Virus genome (UHGV): UHGV-0454263 | DNA length: 24,473 bases | Source of the DNA: a virus | Reading direction: 5' to 3' (one strand) | Part shown: in pieces, positions 18,826-24,473 of the stretch | Layout: each line of letters starts with the position of its first letter | How positions within the stretch are numbered: the stretch's first letter is position 1 | Made by a program: the position numbers and the translations under genes | The notes under the pieces: model-generated | The model's input: only the letters and a program-made list of their open reading frames with translations | The model's database searches: none | What the model was told of the DNA's origin: nothing

Positions 18826-18852
18826 ACCCGGCCTCAGCGCCGGGTTTTCTTT
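18826..18852 (+). terminator. Intrinsic terminator after the cI-proximal cassette (tImm-like)
   Basis: ACCCGGC-ctcagc-GCCGGGT stem-loop followed by TTTTCTTT, 5 nt after the protein B stop. Confidence 0.65.
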
Positions 18853-18959
18853 GCCTCACGTTCGCCCACCTAAAAACACATAATCGATTGTATTTATTGG
18901 AAAATAAACAGATACAACTCACTAAAACGCGCAATTCTGATCCCCCTCAAGTCTCTTTA

Positions 18960-19080
18960 TTCCTTCTGATAAATTCCTGCAATCAAATAAAAAACCATAA
19001 TAATCAACAAGATATTTGAAAACCAAAACAATTTATCATTTTGCTATTGCCATGGATTTATCATTCCGATAAAGTTAACT
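18960..19080 (+). promoter_or_regulatory. OL operators and candidate pL
   Basis: Repeated TTTATC/GATAAA half-sites (CTGATAAATTCC, AATTTATCATTTTGC, TTTATCattccGATAAA); candidate pL TTGCCA (19047..19052), 17-bp spacer, TAAAGT (19070..19075), whose -10 context TAAAGTTAACTC resembles that of pR. Confidence 0.5.
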
Positions 19081-19121
19081 CATCAGCAGGACGCTGTAAG
19101 CCCAACGGAACAGACTGGCAG

Positions 19122-19167
19122 GCTCTTTAAACAACGTCGAACACTCGACTACGTGGCTGAAAAGCCA
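19122..19167 (+). promoter_or_regulatory. nutL (boxA plus boxB hairpin)
   Basis: GCTCTTTAA (boxA-like), 23-nt spacer, TGGCT-GAAAA-AGCCA (boxB-like); same architecture and spacer length as nutR. Confidence 0.5.
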
Positions 19168-19265
19168 GATCACCCAACCACATAAGCTGTGGGATGCAAT
19201 GCCGAAGCAACCGTCTCAGGAGGGGCTTCGAGATTGCATCGCCAAAGTTTATTCGGGAGGAATCT

Positions 19266-19538
19266 ATGTCCAGAAAAACAGAATTTAAAGGAACCGCAGC
19301 TTCTCGCCGTAGAGCTCGTCGTGCAAATCTGCAAAGTCAGGAGGCGATCAGCTCCGACAAGCTACACAGGCCAACCCCTTCACGAGTGGTCTTGCAATGC
19401 AAGCGCAAACCAGCAATGAGAGCAGAAGTGATAACTCTGACAACGTTGACCAGAAAATATGAAGGTTCAACTTGTCTTCCAAACGTAGCTCTTTACGCAG
19501 CAGGATACCGGAAATCAAAACAACTGACGGCGAGATGA
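19266..19538 (+). CDS. N: N-like antiterminator with arginine-rich motif
   Basis: ATG at 19266 with GGGAGG 5 nt upstream; MSRKTEFKGTAASRRRARRANLQSQ... resembles the lambda N boxB-binding ARM (QTRRRERRAEKQAQ); position after pL/nutL. Confidence 0.7.
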   Translation: MSRKTEFKGTAASRRRARRANLQSQEAISSDKLHRPTPSRVVLQCKRKPAMRAEVITLTTLTRKYEGSTCLPNVALYAAGYRKSKQLTAR

Positions 19539-19559
19539 CGATCCCCCGCCGTCGAGGAA

Positions 19560-20099
19560 CTAAATTAGCTCATCAGCTTTACCAGCAAAGCGCATATAAC
19601 ACTCATGGAACCAGACGTCAGGTATAACAAATTTCTCTTTACCTGACGCGCTGTAAGTCACACCTGAGCGATGGAGAAGGCCTTTTCTCATAAGAGATAA
19701 AGCGACCGGATCGCCGTGCTTAAGTACGATTTTGTTATTTGCCATAACAGCAAATGCTAAAACCTCTTTTTCCTGAATACTCAGAGAATTGAACAGGCGC
19801 TCAGTCTCCACAATTACTTTAGCCTCATCTCTCTTACTGAGATATTTTTTATATCTGTCTGAAGATGCCAGAAATATAAACTCCATCACCCTGTTCAGAA
19901 CATAACTGATACACAAAAGCATCGCGTAATACATCCAGTGATCTGGAAGTATTTCTGGGTTCCTTATATCTACCCACTCTTTAATTGATGCTGGGGTGAT
20001 TATTATCAAGGCAATTAAAATAATAAGCATATGAATTAACTGTTGTAGCGTAAGACCACGCAGGAAGAAACGTAACAGTTCCTGCCACCAGTTACTCAT
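19560..20099 (-). CDS. sieB: Superinfection exclusion protein B (SieB-like)
   Basis: 179-aa ORF with N-terminal transmembrane segment, encoded antisense between N and ral exactly as lambda sieB; AT-rich. Confidence 0.7.
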   Translation of the reverse strand: MSNWWQELLRFFLRGLTLQQLIHMLIILIALIIITPASIKEWVDIRNPEILPDHWMYYAMLLCISYVLNRVMEFIFLASSDRYKKYLSKRDEAKVIVETERLFNSLSIQEKEVLAFAVMANNKIVLKHGDPVALSLMRKGLLHRSGVTYSASGKEKFVIPDVWFHECYMRFAGKADELI

Positions 20100-20244
20100 C
20101 GGTGAATCTCCATCATTCTCTCTGTAGGGGTGAATAGAGTTTATCCGATTTCTCGCTGTAGGGGTACACGAGAACCACCGAGCCTGATGTGGTTAAAAGA
20201 CAGGCACAATCTTTACTACCGCAATCCACTATTTAAGGTGATAT

Positions 20245-20331
20245 ATGGAAGAAGAATTTGAAGAGTTCGAAGAGCATCCTCAGGATGTGATGGAACAATA
20301 CCAGGACTATCCGTATGACTACGACTATTGA
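20245..20331 (+). CDS. orf28-like small ORF overlapping the ral start
   Basis: 28 codons (MEEEFEEFEEHPQDVMEQYQDYPYDYDY) overlapping ral, as lambda orf28 does. Confidence 0.45.
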   Translation: MEEEFEEFEEHPQDVMEQYQDYPYDYDY

Positions 20332-20515
20332 TACAAATCAATGGTGTGGACAATTCAAACGATGCAATGGATGCAAGCTGCAATCGGAATGCATGGTTAA
20401 GCCTGAAGAAATGTTTCCTGTAATGGAAGATGGGAAATATGTCGATAAATGGGCAATACGAACGACGGCAATGATTGCCAGAGAACTTGGTAAACAGAAC
20501 AACAAGGCTGCCTGA
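20315..20515 (+). CDS. ral: Restriction alleviation protein Ral
   Basis: 66 aa, MTTTIDTNQWCGQFKRCNGCKLQSECMVKPEEMFPVMEDGKYVDKWAIRTTAMIARELGKQNNKAA, near-identical to lambda Ral. Confidence 0.9.
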   Translation: MTTTIDTNQWCGQFKRCNGCKLQSECMVKPEEMFPVMEDGKYVDKWAIRTTAMIARELGKQNNKAA

Positions 20516-20554
20516 TGGTGGCCTTTATTTTTGGCATAAACAACAGAGGCGAAG

Positions 20555-20752
20555 ATGTTGACAGTTGGAAAGTCATATTCAACTAAAAACGGAAAAACAT
20601 TTAGTTGTGAAAAAGATATTGGAGAAATAGACACTATCTTTCCATTTGGTGGGTGGGTATACAATTCTGATGGAAGCAAAGACAGATTTGCATATTACAC
20701 CAGAGGAGGTGCGTATAAACTAACCAAATCAGAATATGATTTAATTATTTAG
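20555..20752 (+). CDS. Hypothetical protein (in the lambda ea10 position)
   Basis: 65-aa ORF; no motif recognised. Confidence 0.45.
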   Translation: MLTVGKSYSTKNGKTFSCEKDIGEIDTIFPFGGWVYNSDGSKDRFAYYTRGGAYKLTKSEYDLII

Positions 20753-20856
20753 CACAGAGAAGCACTGTGTATTCATTCCAACGAGTGAATACACAGTGCA
20801 ATGTCGCTCGTAACTAAACAGGAGCCGACTTGTTCTGATTATTGGAAATCTTCTTT

Positions 20857-20882
20857 GCCCTCCAGTGTGAGGGCCTTTTTAT
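20857..20882 (+). terminator. Intrinsic terminator upstream of cIII (tL-like)
   Basis: GCCCTC-cagtgt-GAGGGC followed by CTTTTTAT. Confidence 0.5.
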
Positions 20883-20943
20883 ATGCATACCAATAACGCT
20901 TCACTCGAGGCGTTTTTCGTTATGTATAAATAAGGAGCACACC

Positions 20944-21084
20944 ATGCAATATGCCATTGCAGGGTGGCCTGTTGCTGGCTGCCCTTCCGAATCTTTACTT
21001 GAACGAATCACACGTAAATTACGTGATGGATGGAAACGCCTTATCGACATACTTAATCAGCCAGGAGTTCCCAAAAATGGATAA
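20944..21084 (+). CDS. cIII: CIII (FtsH/HflB inhibitor), shorter than the lambda protein
   Basis: ATG at 20944 with AAGGAG 8 nt upstream; MQYAIAGWPVAGCPSESLLERITRKLRDGWKRLIDILNQPGVPKNG matches lambda CIII over 46 residues and then stops. Confidence 0.85.
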   Translation: MQYAIAGWPVAGCPSESLLERITRKLRDGWKRLIDILNQPGVPKNG

Positions 21085-21190
21085 AACACTTATGGCTATC
21101 CAGACTAAATTCACTATCGCCACTTTTATTGGCGATGAAAAGATGTTTCGTGAAGCCGTAGAAGCCTACAGAAAATGGAGGTCAAAATGA
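21077..21190 (+). CDS. kil: Kil-like small protein
   Basis: 37-aa ORF (MDKTLMAIQTKFTIATFIGDEKMFREAVEAYRKWRSK) overlapping the cIII 3' end, as kil does in lambda; identification by position and size, not verified. Confidence 0.45.
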   Translation: MDKTLMAIQTKFTIATFIGDEKMFREAVEAYRKWRSK

Positions 21191-21375
21191 TTCCGGTAGA
21201 ACTGGCGAAAACTCCAGAGTTAAGTCGATTAAAAAGAGAATATCACATTGCTGAGGCTCGTTACTGGCGTAAAGCGGGAGATAAATCAAAGAAACAACTT
21301 TGTTTATGGCAGGCGCAAAGAGAGCGCATGAATGAGCGCGAATTTCTTTCCTGCCCATCCGAATTACCATTCTGA
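21187..21375 (+). CDS. Hypothetical protein
   Basis: 62-aa ORF from ATG 21187 (ATGA overlap with the Kil-like stop). Confidence 0.45.
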   Translation: MIPVELAKTPELSRLKREYHIAEARYWRKAGDKSKKQLCLWQAQRERMNEREFLSCPSELPF

Positions 21376-21383
21376 GGCAAATT

Positions 21384-22064
21384 ATGGGAACTGCGACATT
21401 AATACTCGGTGAATCTGGCACCGGAAAATCAACCAGCATGAGAAATATCAACCCAGAGGAAGCAATACTTATAAAACCAATAGGCAAGCCGCTACCATTT
21501 AAATCAAAAGACTGGCTTGCATGGGATGCCAGAGCAAAAAAAGGAACCGTAGTTACCACTGACAAATGGGACGTAATAGTTGCTGTAATTAAGCGTGCTC
21601 ACGAATACGGAAAAAGAATCGTTATTGTTGATGACTTCCAGTATGTGATGAGCAATGAGTTTATGCGCCGCTCAGAAGAAAAATCGTTTGATAAATTTAC
21701 TGAGATAGGCCGCCACGCATGGGAGGTGATTAAGGCTGCACAGGATGCACCTGATGACCTGAGAGTCTATTTTCTTGCACATACCGAAGAAACCCCTATG
21801 GGGCGCGTGAAAATGAAAACTATCGGCAAAATGCTGGACGAGAAAATCACTGTCGAAGGCATGTTTACTATAGTTCTTCGCACTCTTACCCGCGATGACC
21901 AGTTCTTTTTCACCACGAAAAACAACGGTGCAGACACTGTCAAATCCCCAATGGGAATGTTTGATTCCAATGAGATTGATAACGATCTCTCTTTCGTCGA
22001 TGCCACTGTTTGTGATTACTACGGCATCAATAATGTTCATCAAATTAAGGAAAACGCCGCATGA
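21384..22064 (+). CDS. Sak4-like RecA-family ATPase (phage recombination module)
   Basis: 226 aa; Walker A GESGTGKST near the N-terminus, Walker B-like VIVDDF; size and motif placement typical of phage Sak4/AAA_24 proteins. Confidence 0.6.
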   Translation: MGTATLILGESGTGKSTSMRNINPEEAILIKPIGKPLPFKSKDWLAWDARAKKGTVVTTDKWDVIVAVIKRAHEYGKRIVIVDDFQYVMSNEFMRRSEEKSFDKFTEIGRHAWEVIKAAQDAPDDLRVYFLAHTEETPMGRVKMKTIGKMLDEKITVEGMFTIVLRTLTRDDQFFFTTKNNGADTVKSPMGMFDSNEIDNDLSFVDATVCDYYGINNVHQIKENAA

Positions 22065-22648
22065 GCAACGTGATTTTTACTTATAACGAAGAAGCAGCAC
22101 TGACCGCAGGGCAAGGTGGTTTTATTAACGAAACTGGCGCCCATATCATTACCATTACTGAAGCAGAACTAAAGCAATCAGAAAAAGGAGCCAAATTTAT
22201 TGAGTTTTCTGGAGAATCCGACGACGGACGTAAAATCCAATATCTTAGCGTCTGTGTTCAGAAAAATGACGGAACGGAAAACAAATTTGGCGCAAATGTC
22301 GTTCACGCCATGATGGGGTGTGCCGGGATTGGACAATTAACGCAGCATATGGTTTCCGCCAGTAAATTTGTTGCACCTGAATTTCATGGAAAGAAAATCG
22401 GGTTAGTGCTCCAGAAAGTATTAACCACAAACAAAAAGACTGGCGCAGACAACTACCAGATGGAAATACGCATCCCGTTTATTGCACAAACAGGTCAAAC
22501 CCTTAAAGAAAAGGCAGAAGGCAAGCAACCAGAAACTATCGCCAACATGGTTGCCAATCTCAAAGATAAAGACAATCGCTCTAAAAACGTAAGCCAGAAT
22601 CATGCAGATGATTATGGTTACAGCCAGAACGATTACCCTGCTTTCTGA
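22061..22648 (+). CDS. Hypothetical protein coupled to the Sak4-like ATPase (possible ssDNA-binding partner)
   Basis: 195-aa ORF with ATGA overlap with the upstream ATPase gene; no motif recognised. Confidence 0.55.
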   Translation: MSNVIFTYNEEAALTAGQGGFINETGAHIITITEAELKQSEKGAKFIEFSGESDDGRKIQYLSVCVQKNDGTENKFGANVVHAMMGCAGIGQLTQHMVSASKFVAPEFHGKKIGLVLQKVLTTNKKTGADNYQMEIRIPFIAQTGQTLKEKAEGKQPETIANMVANLKDKDNRSKNVSQNHADDYGYSQNDYPAF

Positions 22649-22671
22649 TTACTGAAAATAAGGCTCCCATT

Positions 22672-22968
22672 ATGCCAGCGCCTCTGTATGGTGCGGATGA
22701 CCCGCGCAATTGCTCCGGTAGCTCCAAGGCGGAGGTGCTGGAAAATATCAAAAACATTTTCGACACGTTTATCGATCTGCCACCAGAAACAAAAGCAGAA
22801 CGGATGTACCGACGCGATATACAACTCGCGTTAAAAAATGAGAAGGACCGAACAAACGAAACATCAATCCGACCATTCCGCAAAGCCACATATACCCACT
22901 TCCCTGAATATATCGACCCGCGCCTGCGTAATTACCGCTCACGCTATGGCGCTATCAGTAATGACTGA
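22672..22968 (+). CDS. Hypothetical protein
   Basis: 98-aa ORF in the leftward operon orientation. Confidence 0.45.
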   Translation: MPAPLYGADDPRNCSGSSKAEVLENIKNIFDTFIDLPPETKAERMYRRDIQLALKNEKDRTNETSIRPFRKATYTHFPEYIDPRLRNYRSRYGAISND

Positions 22969-22979
22969 GGAATTTACCA

Positions 22980-23143
22980 TGAGAGGACTTGCATACAATC
23001 CCGGCATTCTTCCGGCAGAAATGATTATTCGCCAACGCGTAAAGCCAATGCCATCGAGAGAGGAATTACTTAAGAGAAAGAGTTTCGGTTCTGTTAATGA
23101 CAACAAATATCTGAATGCGATGTTGCGGAGTGGGAAGAAATGA
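22980..23143 (+). CDS. Hypothetical small protein
   Basis: ATG 22980 with GAGGAA 7 nt upstream; 54 aa; stop overlaps the next gene's ATG. Confidence 0.35.
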
Positions 23144-23787
23144 AACAAATGACACTAATTGAGATGGATGGATTTCTGAAAGGTAAATGCATCCCACGAG
23201 ATTTAAAGGTTAACGAAACAAACGCTGAATATCTGGTGCGTAAATTTGCTGAAGCGGAGGCTAAGATTTCGGCTCTGTCCGAAGACCACCAGAAAGCGAT
23301 TGAGTCAATTAAGCAGGCTGATTCGGCTGTTAAGTTGGCACACGAGAAGTTTTCAGCGCTGGCGGCGGAGAATGCGGGGCTGAAGTCATTTGGCGACAAG
23401 CTTAATGAGATGCATAACGACTTAAACGGCGAAGGCACGGGCATTCAGGGGCGCGCAGAGGTAGCGTGCCAGCAGGTGGCTCTTGAAGCGGCAATGGAAG
23501 AATTTGACGCTATCAAAACTCCAGCCACCGACGCCTTCCTGGATGAAGTGCGGGCGGAAGCACGCAACGAGGGGATTAACTACACCGCAAGCCGTCTTGC
23601 TGCTGCGTTCAATCACGGATTTATCAATAAGTCTTTGCGTGAAGTTTTCGACGTTACACGCATGATTTTGTCAGCGAAAGAAGAGTTGGCTAATGAACCG
23701 CATCCGATTGATGGCCTGTCCGGTGAATATGCGGAGAAATCCCTTGAAGAATGGGCGGAACAGATTCGCAAAGGAGGCAACCAGTGA
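23140..23787 (+). CDS. Hypothetical coiled-coil protein
   Basis: 215-aa ORF, Ala/Glu-rich with heptad-like segments; stop overlaps the GTG start of the downstream HNH gene. Confidence 0.55.
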   Translation: MKQMTLIEMDGFLKGKCIPRDLKVNETNAEYLVRKFAEAEAKISALSEDHQKAIESIKQADSAVKLAHEKFSALAAENAGLKSFGDKLNEMHNDLNGEGTGIQGRAEVACQQVALEAAMEEFDAIKTPATDAFLDEVRAEARNEGINYTASRLAAAFNHGFINKSLREVFDVTRMILSAKEELANEPHPIDGLSGEYAEKSLEEWAEQIRKGGNQ

Positions 23788-24371
23788 GCAAGATTGACTA
23801 TCAGGCACTGCGTAAAGCAAAGGTAATCACAAAGGAATTTGTTGAGGAACACCTTCACTACGATGGGAAGGATTTTTTCTGGAAGAAGCGCGAACCAAGT
23901 TCGTTTTCTGACAGCCGCACATGCAAGGTTTGGAATACTCGAATTGCAGGGAAGCGGGCCGGAGGAATCAGCGCTCAAGGTTATGTAGAAATTCAAATCA
24001 AAGGGAGTCGATATAAGGCTCATAGATTAGCGTGGTGTCTTGTTCATGGCGATATACCAACAGACATGCAGGTTGATCACATTAACCACGACCGAACTGA
24101 TAACCGAATAGAGAATCTGCGCCTTGTTGATAATCAGGGAAACCAAAAGAACTCTTCGATACGAAAGGACAACATTGGAGGCTGCACAGGTGTTACCTGG
24201 AATCCTAGCCATAAAAGATGGATTGCCTACATACGCGAAAATGGTAAGCACAAGCACATTGGTAGCTTCATTAAATTCTCTGATGCTGTAAGAGCAAGAG
24301 AGGAAGCTCAGGCAAGGCTTGGATTCCACATGAATCACGGCGCCGCAGGCATTCGCATCAAAGGAGAGTGA
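23784..24371 (+). CDS. HNH homing endonuclease with AP2-type domain (second copy, diverged)
   Basis: GTG start at 23784 with AAGGAGG 6 nt upstream; HNH motif ...AHRLAWCLVHGDIPTDMQVDHINHDRTDNRIENLRLVDNQGNQKN... and AP2-like ...GVTWNPSHKRWIAYIRENGKHKHIGSFIKFSDAVRAREEA. Confidence 0.75.
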   Translation: MSKIDYQALRKAKVITKEFVEEHLHYDGKDFFWKKREPSSFSDSRTCKVWNTRIAGKRAGGISAQGYVEIQIKGSRYKAHRLAWCLVHGDIPTDMQVDHINHDRTDNRIENLRLVDNQGNQKNSSIRKDNIGGCTGVTWNPSHKRWIAYIRENGKHKHIGSFIKFSDAVRAREEAQARLGFHMNHGAAGIRIKGE

Positions 24372-24372
24372 T

Positions 24373-24473
24373 ATGACCACTATTACCAAAGAGCGACTGC
24401 TGACAATCAGGCAGTGGCGCGAAACATACGGACCTGGTAGCAACGTTGTACTGCCAGCAGAAGAAGCGGAAGA
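24373..24473 (+). CDS. Hypothetical protein, 5' portion only; continues beyond window end
   Basis: ATG 24373 with AAGGAG 6 nt upstream; open frame MTTITKERLLTIRQWRETYGPGSNVVLPAEEAE... to the window edge. Confidence 0.4.
   Translation, partial: MTTITKERLLTIRQWRETYGPGSNVVLPAEEAE

Noticed and set aside
19194-19265. N-terminal extension of the N ORF from ATG 19194 (MQCRSNRLRRGFEIASPKFIREES)
   Set aside because: That ATG has no RBS and would place nutL far upstream; the internal ATG at 19266 has a strong GGGAGG and yields an N-sized protein beginning just before the arginine-rich motif.
20842-20943. Longer cIII ORF starting at 20842
   Set aside because: The upstream part overlaps the tL-like terminator hairpin and has no RBS; the ATG at 20944 has AAGGAG and matches the lambda CIII N-terminus.
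21182-21565. 127-aa minus-strand ORF
   Set aside because: Antisense to the coupled early-left genes including the Sak4-like ATPase; no RBS.

Overview
This window is a large part of a mosaic lambdoid prophage or phage genome of an enterobacterial (E. coli-like) host; all calls rest on reading the translations and DNA motifs by eye, with no database search. The minus strand carries the rightward early-to-late unit: cro, nutR, cII, an orf48-like ORF, an O-like replication initiator with embedded ori iterons, a DnaB-type helicase, an AT-rich HNH endonuclease insertion, NinB, Dam methyltransferase, NinE, NinF, NinG, the lambda-type phosphatase, Q, the pR'/qut/tR' late control region, lysis genes S-R-Rz/Rz1, a KilA-N gene pair, and P22-like small terminase, large terminase, portal, scaffold and the 5' end of coat. 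The plus strand carries the leftward unit: cI, then a 57-bp in-frame tandem repeat interrupted by a 100-N assembly gap, two AT-rich uncharacterised ORFs in the position lambda uses for rexA-rexB, a terminator, OL/pL, nutL, N, sieB (opposite strand), orf28, ral, cIII, a Kil-like ORF, a Sak4-like ATPase module replacing Red, and a second HNH endonuclease. The most interesting candidates are the two-gene cassette downstream of cI (possible novel exclusion or defence system), its repeat array, and an 11-bp tandem duplication that frameshifts the 3' end of the Dam gene.
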